Shown piece by piece: positions 17,326 to 27,150 of a DNA stretch of 32,000 nt. How positions within the stretch are numbered: the first letter of the stretch is position 1; every line of letters begins with the position of its first letter. A program made the position numbers and the translations under genes. The DNA comes from Candidatus Baldrarchaeota archaeon (lineage in GTDB: Archaea; Asgardarchaeota; Baldrarchaeia; Baldrarchaeales; DXJG01). Location: contig DXJG01000005.1 of assembly GCA_019056805.1 (NCBI GenBank), positions 1 to 32,000 of the forward strand. The letters run 5' to 3'. The notes beneath the pieces were generated by a model, which worked only from the letters and a program-made list of their open reading frames with translations, did not search any database and had not been told where the DNA came from.

Positions 17326-19038
17326 GTGAAAGTAACCTTATTGGATGGATATGTAGATGAGCCTACGTGTCTCGGTGTACCCCCTTATATTTCTCCATAT
17401 GTAAGATATACTGCGGGAGCAATATGGGCGGCGAATTCATCAGCCCAGATAAAGTATTTTACTATTGATGAAGTTAGAGAAAGTAGCAAAGACTTTTATA
17501 AGACGGTGGAAACCTCTGATTTATTTATTGTGATTTTTGGTGTTGCTGTTCCCGGAAAATATTTGGGAGGAAAACCAGCAACTCCGAGGGAGATTTTTAA
17601 TTTAGCGTCGAGGATAGAAAATCCTGTTAAGGTTATTGGAGGTCCAGCTGCTAGATTTGGTAGTGGAGTTAGGGGTGGTATGGTTGTAAGGGATGTTTCT
17701 AAGTTTGAAGATGTTTTTGACTTAGTCGCTATAGGTGATTTGGAAGTAATTATTTATGATTTAATTTTGGAGAAATTAAGGGTAAATAAGGTAGATCCTA
17801 CGAGTACAAGAAAGTCTGCACATAGTATAGCTGAATATGCGATAAGAGGAGCAAAAATAGTTACACAACATCCGAGATATCCAAAGGTTATTTGTGAAAT
17901 TGAAACATACCGTGGATGTAGTCGAAAAATCACAGGTGGATGTTCTTTTTGTACTACTGCCGCATATTACGGGTTACCAGATTTTAGACCCGTAAAAGAC
18001 ATAGTGCTAGAAGTAGAGGCGATCTATAAGCATGGTGTAAAATATTTTAGGCTTGGTAATCAACCTGATCTTTTTGCATATCAAGCTAAGGGTGTTGGGG
18101 AATTAGAATTTCCAAGACCAAATCCAAGAGCGATCAAAAAATTGTATCAAGGTATTAGAACTGTTGCTCCTGACTGTTATTTATGGATGGATAATGCAAA
18201 TCCTGGTACAATTGCACATCACCCTGAGGAGTCTAGAGAAATAGCAAAAATCATAGTAACATATAATACACCAGGAGATGTTGCAGCATTCGGTATAGAG
18301 TCAGCAGACCCAGATGTAATAAAGTTAAACAATCTTAAGTGCACTCCGGAGGAGGCCATGAAAGCAATAGAGATAATATATGAAGTAGGAAAGGAAAGAG
18401 GATGGAATGGTCTGCCAAAGCTTCTTCCAGGACTAAATTTTGTTTTTGGGCTTATAGGGGAAACCGAAAAAACTTACGAATTAAATTACCTGTTTTTAAA
18501 AGAAGTTCTGGAAAGAGGTTTTCTTGTTCGTAGAATAAATCTGCGGCAGGTGCTTGTGTTTCCGGGTACAAGAATGTGGAAAGTGGGAACAAAAATTCTG
18601 AGAAGAAATTATCACCTTTTTAAGAAGTGGAGTCAAAAAATAAGGGATGAAATAGATATTCCAATGTTAAAAAGAGTAATTCCAGTGGGAACTGTTCTTA
18701 AAGAAGTTATAACGGAGAGACATTTTGGGAAAAGAACTTACGCAAGGCAATTAGGCACGTATCCAATAACCACAATAATCCCTGATGAAATGCCTCTAAA
18801 CATAACACTTAATGTAAAAATCATAGATCATCAAGCGAGATCAACGATTGTAGTACCCTATCCTCTTGACATAAACAAAGCATCAATAAGACTTCTTTCC
18901 GCAATCCCACAAATAGGGAGGAAGAGAGCAGCAAGAATAATAAAAAATAGACCAATCAAAAACCTACAACATCTCGAAGCCATTTTAGATAATAAAACAA
19001 TAGCAGAACACATATACAAAAACTACATAATACTATAG
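17326..19038 (+). CDS. Radical SAM protein with C-terminal helix-hairpin-helix (COG1031-like)
   Basis: LDGYVDEPTCLGVPPYISPY, EIETYRGC...GGCSFC (Cx7Cx2C), FRLGNQPD, DNANP, C-terminal IPQIGRKRAARI HhH. Probable GTG start at 17326 (ORF track 17314). Confidence 0.85.
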   Translation: MKVTLLDGYVDEPTCLGVPPYISPYVRYTAGAIWAANSSAQIKYFTIDEVRESSKDFYKTVETSDLFIVIFGVAVPGKYLGGKPATPREIFNLASRIENPVKVIGGPAARFGSGVRGGMVVRDVSKFEDVFDLVAIGDLEVIIYDLILEKLRVNKVDPTSTRKSAHSIAEYAIRGAKIVTQHPRYPKVICEIETYRGCSRKITGGCSFCTTAAYYGLPDFRPVKDIVLEVEAIYKHGVKYFRLGNQPDLFAYQAKGVGELEFPRPNPRAIKKLYQGIRTVAPDCYLWMDNANPGTIAHHPEESREIAKIIVTYNTPGDVAAFGIESADPDVIKLNNLKCTPEEAMKAIEIIYEVGKERGWNGLPKLLPGLNFVFGLIGETEKTYELNYLFLKEVLERGFLVRRINLRQVLVFPGTRMWKVGTKILRRNYHLFKKWSQKIRDEIDIPMLKRVIPVGTVLKEVITERHFGKRTYARQLGTYPITTIIPDEMPLNITLNVKIIDHQARSTIVVPYPLDINKASIRLLSAIPQIGRKRAARIIKNRPIKNLQHLEAILDNKTIAEHIYKNYIIL

Positions 19039-19047
19039 AGGGAAAAG

Positions 19048-19156
19048 TGGCGGGCCCGGTGGGATTCGAACCCACGACCACCGGCTATCTCCGGATAGCT
19101 TAGAAGGCCGGCGCCCTTTCAGGTTTTTGATTGTTATCCTGCTAGGCCACGGGCCC
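19048..19156 (-). tRNA. trnR: tRNA-Arg(TCT) with two introns: D-loop 20a/21 (19118-19135, 18 nt) and canonical 37/38 (19087-19100, 14 nt)
   Basis: Acceptor GGGCCCG/CGGGCCC, G discriminator plus CCA, anticodon stem CCGGC/GCCGG, central splice helices CAGG/CCUG and CUUC/GGAG. Confidence 0.93.
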
Positions 19157-19194
19157 GTTTTGGTTTAATGATTAGATATAATTTTGATTTATAT

Positions 19195-19860
19195 TTATGT
19201 TTCTAGTTTTATCAATTTTACTTTATCTTTTAGATATTTTTTAAAAATATATGCTGGTAGATCGAAAGTTTTTCCGACCTTGTCTATTATTATGGTGTCG
19301 CTTGTAGCTATTATTCCTGATGTTTGGGTTATTTCTTTGTCTGGATGTTTTGTTGTTTTTGCTGTTCCTTTGATGTTATTTTCTTCTAGAAGCTTTCTTA
19401 TTTTTGCTGCGAGTTCTCCGCTTTTGCTGATGGGTTGGTCTATTATGAAAATTGTTTCTGTTGGTTTTAGGTTTTTGATTGCTTGTATAATTAGGTTTAG
19501 AGCTTTTTGTGTTAGGTCTGTTACTTTGTACTTTCTGAATATTGCTGATATATCTCTTATATATCCGTCCTCTGCTTCAAGTATAATGTCATTTTTTAGC
19601 ATGGTTTCTATGGTTATTAAAACGTTGTAGCAATCTACTACTAATACATTGTTTTTGACTTCGTCTTCCTTTACTAGTTTTCTTTTTCTTTCGATGACTT
19701 CGTTTTCTGGAAATATTGTTCTGTAAAGTATATGTCTTTCTGTCTCACTTAGTAAATATTTTTCTCCTACAAATCTTAGTGCACTTTTTTTGTTATAGCC
19801 TCTTTCCAATAGGTATTTGTAATCTTTTGCTGCCTCAAGTATTTTTTCCTCTAATTTCAT
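19195..19860 (-). CDS. DUF434 / PIN-like domain protein (COG2454-like)
   Basis: YLLERGYNKKSALRFVGEKYLL, VVDCYNVLITIE, DGYIRD, IDQPISKSGELA, IATSDTIIID. Confidence 0.8.
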   Translation of the reverse strand: MKLEEKILEAAKDYKYLLERGYNKKSALRFVGEKYLLSETERHILYRTIFPENEVIERKRKLVKEDEVKNNVLVVDCYNVLITIETMLKNDIILEAEDGYIRDISAIFRKYKVTDLTQKALNLIIQAIKNLKPTETIFIIDQPISKSGELAAKIRKLLEENNIKGTAKTTKHPDKEITQTSGIIATSDTIIIDKVGKTFDLPAYIFKKYLKDKVKLIKLET

Positions 19861-19964
19861 TTTCTTCTCCTAATTATAAAATATAAGTGGAAAGTCTACT
19901 AGGTACTCTGAGATTCACTGTTTTAATTGTAGTTTCTTGAGATTTCGCTGTGCCCGTGTTCTGT

Positions 19965-20270
19965 TTATCCGAAGAGTGCTCCTAGTCCACCTACTTCTTC
20001 CTCTTCTTCCTCTTCCTTCTTCTCCTCTTTCTTCTCTTCTTTTACTTCTGCTGGTGCTGCTTCTGCTGGTGCTGGTGCAGCGGCGGCTACTGGTACAGCT
20101 GCGGTTTTTATTGCTTCATCTATGTTAACTTCTTCTAGGGCTGCAACAATAGCTTTTATTCTTGCTTCATCAATGTTTGCCCCAGCGGCTTCCAATATTT
20201 TCTTTAAATTTTCTTCTGTTATGGGTTTTCCAGCTTTATGGAGAAGCATAGAAGCATATATGTATTCCAA
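19965..20270 (-). CDS. rpl12: 50S ribosomal stalk protein P1/L12
   Basis: [21 protein letters not shown], Ala-rich hinge, acidic tail GLGALFG. TTG start at 20270 after GGAGGTGA. Confidence 0.97.
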   Translation of the reverse strand: MEYIYASMLLHKAGKPITEENLKKILEAAGANIDEARIKAIVAALEEVNIDEAIKTAAVPVAAAAPAPAEAAPAEVKEEKKEEKKEEEEEEEVGGLGALFG

Positions 20271-20361
20271 ATTTTTCACCTCCAATTTATCCAAAGAGTG
20301 AGCCTAAACCAAGTTCTTCCTCTTCTTCCTCTTCCTTCTTCTCCTCTTTCTTCTCTTCTTT
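19995..20361. repeat. 48-nt perfect direct repeat (19995-20042 and 20314-20361) encoding the acidic tails of rpl12 and rpl10
   Basis: Identical 48-mer encoding [16 protein letters not shown], including mixed synonymous codons. Confidence 0.9.
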
Positions 20362-21303
20362 CTCTACCACATGTTCAACTGTTGGTTGAGGAGTAACACT
20401 AACTATATCACTCGGTAGTGCGTCAGGTTTTATTTCAAGTATTTTACTTGCAAGAGTAGTTGCCTCTGCGTGTACCTTTGCTAAGAGGTGAGGTATAGTT
20501 TCTTTAGTTGGTATAGACGCGTTTATTGCTAGGTTTATTGCTTCAAGATGTGCTCTTTGTAGCAATAGGGGTATGGTGTCAGGTGTTGGTATTGCTGCAT
20601 TTACTGCTAGATTGAACGCTTCAATGTGAGCTGTTTGTATTTGTTGTTTTATTTCTTCTGGATGTATTGTTAATTCTTCTTCAGTAAGTATGACTCCGTC
20701 ATCGTAGGCTGCGTGGAGGGTTAATCCTACTTCCATGGGCTCTATGCCAAGTCGAGAGAGGACTAATGCTAATTTTCTGGAGATTTTTTCTCCTTTCTTG
20801 CAGACAACGGTGTCTTTTGCTACCCACACCGATCCTGATTGTACTCTCGTAGGGATTCCTACTTCGTTTAGTTCGCTGATTACTGGTCCAGGTGGAAGCC
20901 CTGTATTTCCTTCAGGCACTATTATGTCGCTTTGTGCTATTTGACCTTCTTTTGCAGGTGCTTTTGCTTTGTTTTTCTCTAAGAATAAATTTATTTTTAT
21001 TGGATTTTCATTTGTAAATACGAATGCACATGAACCAGTAACATGATCTGCAAGTTTTTCAATACCTGGTTTGAATTTGCTGGCTTTATTTAGAGCTATT
21101 TTCATTAACGTGTTTTTAACCATTTTAATTAAAGCTCTTTCCCTTAACATATTTCTTAATCTTTGAACTTGAAGAGATCCAATGTTATCCATTGTTGTTA
21201 AAGCAATTACCTTATATTTTTTAATTAATTCGACTAATTCATTCACTATTTTAACTTTATGTTCGGGTACACGTCTTCCTTGTCTAGTAAGAACTACAGT
21301 CAT
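20287..21303 (-). CDS. rpl10: 50S ribosomal protein P0/L10
   Basis: [18 protein letters not shown], acidic tail GLGSLFG. Probable ATG start at 21303. Confidence 0.97.
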   Translation of the reverse strand: MTVVLTRQGRRVPEHKVKIVNELVELIKKYKVIALTTMDNIGSLQVQRLRNMLRERALIKMVKNTLMKIALNKASKFKPGIEKLADHVTGSCAFVFTNENPIKINLFLEKNKAKAPAKEGQIAQSDIIVPEGNTGLPPGPVISELNEVGIPTRVQSGSVWVAKDTVVCKKGEKISRKLALVLSRLGIEPMEVGLTLHAAYDDGVILTEEELTIHPEEIKQQIQTAHIEAFNLAVNAAIPTPDTIPLLLQRAHLEAINLAINASIPTKETIPHLLAKVHAEATTLASKILEIKPDALPSDIVSVTPQPTVEHVVEKEEKKEEKKEEEEEEELGLGSLFG

Positions 21304-21330
21304 CTTGTTCACATCCCTTGTTAGGTTAGC

Positions 21331-21987
21331 TTACTTTAATTTTATGGGAACTGGTGGTCCCATCGTTGTTTTAACGTATATGCTTTTTATATTTTGCATG
21401 CCTTTTTCAAGTTTTTCAAGTAGAAAATCTAAGACTGCCTTTATATTTTCCGCTATTTTTTCATCTTCCATATCCTTTGTTCCGACTCTTGCGTGAATTA
21501 CTGGGTTATCTCTCATTCTAAGCCTAATTGTTCTTCTATATTGTTCTATGAGAGATTTTATATCGGCGGTGGGTGGAACAGGTTTTGGCATTTTTCCTCT
21601 CGGGCCTAAAACTGGACCCAAAGCCCTACCAACTAGAGGCATTAAATCTATTTGAGCAATAAAGAAATCGTATTGTTTAGCTAGTTTTTTCGCAGTTTTT
21701 CGATCAGATGTAAATTTTTCAAGATCTGATCTTGATAAAACCAAGTCTACTCCTTCATTTTTTGCTCTAACTTCGAGATCTCCACTAGCTATAACACATA
21801 TTTTTACAGGTTTATTTATAGGATGCGGAAGAACAAGTTCGGTATTTATTCTATTTTCGGGTTTTTTTAGATCTAAATTTTTGAAACTTATCGATATGTC
21901 TATTGATTCGTTAAAATTTCTTTCTTTTGATTTTTCCTTTGCTTCCTTTACAGCTTTAATTATTTTTTCAACATCTATGGACATCAT
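21331..21987 (-). CDS. rpl1: 50S ribosomal protein L1
   Basis: RNFNESIDI, LGPVLGPRGKMPKP, VKTTMGPP. Confidence 0.97.
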   Translation of the reverse strand: MMSIDVEKIIKAVKEAKEKSKERNFNESIDISISFKNLDLKKPENRINTELVLPHPINKPVKICVIASGDLEVRAKNEGVDLVLSRSDLEKFTSDRKTAKKLAKQYDFFIAQIDLMPLVGRALGPVLGPRGKMPKPVPPTADIKSLIEQYRRTIRLRMRDNPVIHARVGTKDMEDEKIAENIKAVLDFLLEKLEKGMQNIKSIYVKTTMGPPVPIKLK

Positions 21988-22104
21988 AAATCCCTCACAG
22001 TATCAAGTTAACGGAGGTAACATCAAATTATCATTAAATTAGTATCATTTATGAATTCAAAATGCTGGAGGAAGTTACAAAAAATCCAATATAAAGTTAA
22101 TGTT

Positions 22105-22593
22105 TTATTCTTCAGAAAGTAAGTGATCCCACTTACCTTCATCAATTTCTCTTTGTACTTCTCTAGGATCTTTCCCTTCTACTGTTACGCCCATGCTGAC
22201 ACAAGTACCAAGTACGGTTTTAACTGCGGCTTTAAGACTTTTTACAATTAAATCGCTCATTTTTGCTTTTGCAACTTTGATAACTTGCTCCATTTTTAGA
22301 TCTCCTACCTTATTTGATTTTGTATCGCCGCTTCCCTTTTCTTTACCGAGTTCTTTAAGTATTAGAGCACTTGTAGGGGGTACACCGACTTCGACCCAAA
22401 ATTCTTTGGTTTCTTCATCCACTGTTACCTTTACTGGGACTTTTAATCCTGCAAAATCTTTGGTGAGTTCGTTTATTTTTTGAACAACCATGTATAGATT
22501 TACACCGGTTGGCCCTAACATTGGTCCTAAAGGGGGTCCAGCACTAGCTTTACCGCCATCAACCAATACATCAACTGTAACTTTCTTTCCCAT
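22105..22593 (-). CDS. rpl11: 50S ribosomal protein L11
   Basis: [28 protein letters not shown]. Confidence 0.97.
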   Translation of the reverse strand: MGKKVTVDVLVDGGKASAGPPLGPMLGPTGVNLYMVVQKINELTKDFAGLKVPVKVTVDEETKEFWVEVGVPPTSALILKELGKEKGSGDTKSNKVGDLKMEQVIKVAKAKMSDLIVKSLKAAVKTVLGTCVSMGVTVEGKDPREVQREIDEGKWDHLLSEE

Positions 22594-22604
22594 GATAAAT
22601 CACC

Positions 22605-23069
22605 TTATTCTTCTTTTTCTACAATTTTTACGAAATCTGCTCGAACTTTTATTGGAATTGGTACGGGTGATTCAAATAGTTCAACTACAACTTCTTCTTT
22701 TGATTCATCCACTCTAACTACTTTGGCCTTTTCTCCTTTGAACGGGCCTCCCGTTATTTCAACTATGTCTCCTTCGCTAACAGCTTCTAAAACTGGTTTT
22801 GGTGCAAGGAAATGTTCTATTTCTGATATGTCTATTTTTCCAGCTGGTTTGCTTCTGACATGGGGGAGGCCAGTAATTGCTTGCAGAACATCATATGGAG
22901 TTGCTGCTTCTATAAAAATGTATCCTTTAACTCCCTCTGGTACGAGAATGGATCTTACTCTTAAGTTACGTTTTTTTGCTCTTTCTTCAATTAGAGTTGC
23001 GACTACTTTTTCTTGACCAGTGGTTGTTCTTACTATGAAGATGCTTGATTTTATTTTTATCTCTGACAT
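22605..23069 (-). CDS. spt5: Transcription elongation factor Spt5/NusG
   Basis: VRTTTGQEKVVA, KGYIFIEA, KOW motif GDIVEITGGPFKGE. Confidence 0.96.
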   Translation of the reverse strand: MSEIKIKSSIFIVRTTTGQEKVVATLIEERAKKRNLRVRSILVPEGVKGYIFIEAATPYDVLQAITGLPHVRSKPAGKIDISEIEHFLAPKPVLEAVSEGDIVEITGGPFKGEKAKVVRVDESKEEVVVELFESPVPIPIKVRADFVKIVEKEE

Positions 23070-23083
23070 TTCTTCCCCTCATT

Positions 23084-23251
23084 TTATCGGAATAATAAAG
23101 CAAAAATTAATCTAATTATAAAAGCTATGAAACCTATAATTGCAATTCCAATTATAGATATTCTTATACTAAGTAAGAGTTCCTCCTTGCCAGGTTTTTT
23201 TGTAAGTTTTAATAATCTTTTCACATTTTTAAAAAAGGCTGATATATCCAT
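23084..23251 (-). CDS. secE: Protein translocase subunit SecE/Sec61-gamma (55 aa)
   Basis: Below the ORF-track cutoff. Manual translation MDISAFFKNVKRLLKLTKKPGKEELLLSIRISIIGIAIIGFIAFIIRLIFALLFR shows KP..EE plus one TM helix, in the usual position before spt5. Confidence 0.93.
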   Translation of the reverse strand: MDISAFFKNVKRLLKLTKKPGKEELLLSIRISIIGIAIIGFIAFIIRLIFALLFR

Positions 23252-23281
23252 TGTTTACACCTTTGATTGAATAGTTGTTAA

Positions 23282-24406
23282 CTAGTCTAATGATTCTATA
23301 CCGAAGTCAACATTTGTCCCTTTATTTTTTTCGAGTAGTACTTCGGCAAGATCATCTTCGGACTCTACAGCGTAGGGAGACTTTACACCGGAAATTATTA
23401 AGGTTATTCGAACAGCTCCTTTGAGCTCATTGTCAATTATTGCTCCCCAGATAATTTCTGCGTCAGATTCGAGTTTTGAGGCTATATTTTCAACTATAAT
23501 TTCAGCCTCACGTAGGGTTAAATCCTGACCACCGCCAATGTTTATTAATGCTCCTTTTGCTCCATTGATATCGACGTCTAGCAAAGGATTCTGTAAAGCC
23601 TTTTTTACTGCAATTTCTGCTCTGTTTTCTCCTTCCGCTTCACTCATGGAAATAAGAGCCAAACCGCCATCTTGCATAACTGCTTTAACATCCGCAAAGT
23701 CTAAGTTTACAAGTCCTGGCTTCGTAACGAGTTCAGCGATTCCTCTAACTCCTCTAATTAATATTTCGTCCGCTACCCTGAAAGCTTCAGCAATAGATAA
23801 GTTTGGAACCATTTCAGTTAGTTTCTCGTTCGGGATAACTATGACAGTGTCGCAAACATTTAAAAGATTTTTTAACCCCATCAGAGCGTTTTTCATACGC
23901 TTCCTACCTTCTATTCTGAAAGGTAAAGTACAAATACTAATTGTAAGTGCGCCTTGATCTTTTGCAGCTTCGGCTATAACGGGGGAAGCTCCTGTTCCTG
24001 TTCCTCCTCCTAAACCACATGTAATAAACACTAGATCAGCTGTCACTGCTTCTTTTATTTCTTCATAACTTTCTTTTGCTGCGGCTTCTCCTATGGCTGG
24101 ATTATTTCCAGCTCCTAATCCCCCAGTTAATTTTCTACCGATTAAGAGTTTATGGTGAGCATCTGTGTAGAGAAGGTCTTGGGCGTCGGTGTTTACAGCA
24201 AGTGTCTCTGCACCATCAATTCCAACTTCCATTAGCCTTGTTATAGCGTTGTTTCCCGCTCCCCCTACACCGACAACCAAGATTTTTGTTTTTGCCTCTT
24301 CTAATATTCTTTGAAGTTCCTCATCTACATATTTGGTATTGAAACGGGTTTTATTCTCAGAAATAAGTCTCTCTCTTTCCCTTATTTTTTCTATTATCTG
24401 CTCCAT
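23282..24406 (-). CDS. ftsZ: Cell division protein FtsZ (FtsZ1-type locus)
   Basis: [25 protein letters not shown], tubulin signature GGGTGTG, NLDFADV. Confidence 0.97.
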   Translation of the reverse strand: MEQIIEKIRERERLISENKTRFNTKYVDEELQRILEEAKTKILVVGVGGAGNNAITRLMEVGIDGAETLAVNTDAQDLLYTDAHHKLLIGRKLTGGLGAGNNPAIGEAAAKESYEEIKEAVTADLVFITCGLGGGTGTGASPVIAEAAKDQGALTISICTLPFRIEGRKRMKNALMGLKNLLNVCDTVIVIPNEKLTEMVPNLSIAEAFRVADEILIRGVRGIAELVTKPGLVNLDFADVKAVMQDGGLALISMSEAEGENRAEIAVKKALQNPLLDVDINGAKGALINIGGGQDLTLREAEIIVENIASKLESDAEIIWGAIIDNELKGAVRITLIISGVKSPYAVESEDDLAEVLLEKNKGTNVDFGIESLD

Positions 24407-24564
24407 TCAATTCACCTACGTTGCATAAGTGATTTAATAAGCTTTTTACGCTTTGTATTTCGGGAATAATACCTAAAAATAATAGAGAAAGTTTAACATC
24501 TCTTAAAAACTTAGAAGCGTATTAAAACTGAAAACATAATTCAACTAAAATAATGAAAAGAAAA

Positions 24565-25497
24565 TTATAGTAAAAGGGCAAGTATCGCTTTTTGTGCATG
24601 TAAACGGTTTTCAGCTTGATCCCATACAACAGAATGTACTGGATCGTCAATAACTTCGTCCGTTACTTCTTGACCTCTGTGAGCTGGTAGGCAATGCATG
24701 AATATGTAGTTCTTTTTTGCATATTTTACTAGTTCTTTATTAACTTGGTATCTTTGGAAAGCTTTTATTTTTTCTTCTGCAATTTTTTCTTCGCCCATCG
24801 AAACAAATACATCAGTGTATATTACGTCTGCGTCTTTAACAGCTTCTTCGGGTGATTCGATAATTTCAACTTTGCTTCCGGTTTCCTGAGCGTTTTCCAT
24901 GGCCCGTTGGATGATTTCTTCTTTTGGTCTATAGTTTTTTGGTGTTGCAACCGATATATCCATACCCATTTTGGTGCATCCTATTAAAAGTGAATTACAA
25001 ACATTGTTTCCATCGCCGACAAAAGCTAATTTTAATCCTTTTAGTCTTGCTTTCTTTTCTAATATTGTGAGTAAGTCCGCAAGAATTTGACAAGGATGTG
25101 TTAGATCGCTTAAACCATTTATCACAGGTATATCAGCGTACTTTGCTAATTCTTCAAGATCTTTATGTGAAAATACTCTAGCCATTATGCCATCTACGTA
25201 CCTGCTAAGTACTCTTGCTGTATCTGCAATGGTTTCTCCACGTCCTAGTTGTAAATCGTCCCATCTAAGGTAAAGAGCACGGCCACCCAAGTCGCTCATA
25301 GCTATCTCGAAACTTACTCTTGTTCTAGTTGATGGTTTTTGAAATATCATTGCCAAAGTTTTCCCAAAAAGTAACGGTTCTATCTGTCCCCGCTTTCTAG
25401 CCCTTTTTAATTCCATAGCTGTATCAAGTAAAAATTTTAATTCCTCATAAGTGAAGTCTTGAAGTGTTAGAAAGTCCCTTCCCCTTAAATTAACCAT
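24565..25497 (-). CDS. argF: Ornithine carbamoyltransferase
   Basis: STRTRVSFE, HPCQILADL, TDVFVSMG, HCLPAHRG, QAENRLHAQKA. Confidence 0.96.
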   Translation of the reverse strand: MVNLRGRDFLTLQDFTYEELKFLLDTAMELKRARKRGQIEPLLFGKTLAMIFQKPSTRTRVSFEIAMSDLGGRALYLRWDDLQLGRGETIADTARVLSRYVDGIMARVFSHKDLEELAKYADIPVINGLSDLTHPCQILADLLTILEKKARLKGLKLAFVGDGNNVCNSLLIGCTKMGMDISVATPKNYRPKEEIIQRAMENAQETGSKVEIIESPEEAVKDADVIYTDVFVSMGEEKIAEEKIKAFQRYQVNKELVKYAKKNYIFMHCLPAHRGQEVTDEVIDDPVHSVVWDQAENRLHAQKAILALLL

Positions 25498-25515
25498 TTT
25501 AAAATCCTCCCTATT

Positions 25516-26427
25516 TTAATCAAATTTAGTTATTTTCTCTGTAAACCACTTAGGGTCAAAAGGTTTTAAATCTTCGTATCCTTGTCCTGTACCAATAAAT
25601 AGTATAGGTTTTCCAGTTATGTAAGAAATTGAGAGAGCTGCGCCTCCCTTTACATCTGCGTCAACTTTTGTTAATACGGACCCGCTAATTTCTACAGCTT
25701 CATTGAACTTTTCAGCCTGCACCAAAGCATCATTGCCAGCTAATGCGTCACCTACAAAAATCGTGAGATCAGGTTCAGCTACTCTTACTATTTTTTTCAT
25801 TTCATCCATTAAATTCTTATCTGTTTGCGCCCTACCAGCAGTATCGATTAAAACTACGTCAATGCCTCGAGCTTTAGCGTGATTAATAGCGTCAAATGCA
25901 ACAGCAGCAGCATCTGACCCGTATTTATGTTTTATAACACGAACGCCAATATTTTTAGCATGTTTTTCTAATTGCTCTATGGAACCAGCTCTAAAAGTAT
26001 CACTTGCAGCTAATACAACACTATAACCCTTTTTCTTCAGAAGATAAGCTAACTTAGCTATTGTCGTTGTTTTTCCAGTTCCATTAAAACCTACAAAAAC
26101 TATTACAGTAGGTTCTCCTCGCTTCTTTTTTTCCTCTATAATCTTAAAAACATCAATTTCTTCTTTGGGAGTTAATATTCCCATGATAGAATCTTTTATC
26201 GCATTGGCAACAACTTTTTTAGTATTTTCAAGTAAACCTACTTTTTGCCCTAGTAGAGATTTTTTAACGTCCTCAGCAATTTTTTCCGCAACTGGTAATG
26301 CTACATCACTACTAAGTAAGGCAAGTTTAAGATCCCATAAAGCATCCTCTAATCTCTTTTCTGTCAATGTTTTCTTGCTAATTTTTTCTGTAAAATTTTT
26401 TAGACTTTCCTTTAACTTCTCTAACAT
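25516..26427 (-). CDS. ftsY: SRP receptor FtsY
   Basis: [40 protein letters not shown]. Probable ATG start at 26427. Confidence 0.96.
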   Translation of the reverse strand: MLEKLKESLKNFTEKISKKTLTEKRLEDALWDLKLALLSSDVALPVAEKIAEDVKKSLLGQKVGLLENTKKVVANAIKDSIMGILTPKEEIDVFKIIEEKKKRGEPTVIVFVGFNGTGKTTTIAKLAYLLKKKGYSVVLAASDTFRAGSIEQLEKHAKNIGVRVIKHKYGSDAAAVAFDAINHAKARGIDVVLIDTAGRAQTDKNLMDEMKKIVRVAEPDLTIFVGDALAGNDALVQAEKFNEAVEISGSVLTKVDADVKGGAALSISYITGKPILFIGTGQGYEDLKPFDPKWFTEKITKFD

Positions 26428-26449
26428 CAATGACACCTGAAAAATAGGT

Positions 26450-26875
26450 TTACTTGGTTCTCTGGCTTAATTGGTTTAATTGGTTTTGAATATTTTCAAG
26501 TTTAGTGACTATTTGGTCGAGTAGTTTTCTTCTTTCGGTTAAAACCTCTTGTACTTCTCCTAGTCTTTCTTCGAGTAGTTTTTGAGCGTCTTCTAAGGTT
26601 TTTTCAGCAGCAACGTCGGCGCCCAGATGAATTATGACTTTATCTGGATCTGTAAGTTTGGCTTTTATGAAGGTTCTTGACCCTACTGGAATAAGAATTT
26701 CTTCTCTTCCTTCGCCTTTGCGTATGTTTTCGATAGTAGTCATGGTGAGTGTTAACTGCTCTAAATATGAAGTTAAAACATTAATTTCTCTTTGTAGAGA
26801 TTCAGCCTGTGACCTAAACCAATTATATTCAAAAATCAGTCTTTGCATAACTTTTTCTGCGTTTTCTTTAGACAA
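26450..26875 (-). CDS. pfdA: Prefoldin alpha subunit
   Basis: Coiled coils flanking [16 protein letters not shown]...[13 protein letters not shown]; conserved gene context. Confidence 0.92.
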   Translation of the reverse strand: MSKENAEKVMQRLIFEYNWFRSQAESLQREINVLTSYLEQLTLTMTTIENIRKGEGREEILIPVGSRTFIKAKLTDPDKVIIHLGADVAAEKTLEDAQKLLEERLGEVQEVLTERRKLLDQIVTKLENIQNQLNQLSQRTK

Positions 26876-26889
26876 TGATAAAATCCCCC

Positions 26890-27132
26890 TTAATGTAGAC
26901 CTAAAATACTTCTAATTAAAACGGATTTAACTTCCTCTGGCTTGATCTCTTTAATTTCTAGTATTTTAATATCCTTTCTCTTTACTTTATGATTACTTCC
27001 AACCTCTGAAAGAGCTATTTCAAGAGCATCCTCTGGCTTTAATGCTCTTACCTCTTTAGAAAAACGTATTTTCATCAAATTTTTCTTATATTCCCCAATA
27101 ATCCTATATATTTTAACTTCCGAAGTCGTCAT
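26890..27132 (-). CDS. rpl18a: 50S ribosomal protein L18Ae/LX
   Basis: FSKEVRALKPEDALE..SEVGSNHKVKRKDIKI. Confidence 0.92.
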   Translation of the reverse strand: MTTSEVKIYRIIGEYKKNLMKIRFSKEVRALKPEDALEIALSEVGSNHKVKRKDIKILEIKEIKPEEVKSVLIRSILGLH

Positions 27133-27150
27133 CGTTATTCCCCCTTTAAG

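Noticed and set aside
21988-22104. Small RNA or L1 autoregulatory element between rpl11 and rpl1
   Set aside because: Only partial ATGATA boxes and a TATA-like motif. A separate rpl1-rpl10-rpl12 promoter explains the gap.
1594-26915. Many short antisense or overlapping ORFs in the track (e.g. 2920-3261, 5243-5653, 9363-9686, 11974-12510, 14184-14582, 19184-19630, 21182-21496, 23538-23957, 26634-26915)
   Set aside because: Shadow frames of well-supported genes on the other strand, with no SD or family motifs.
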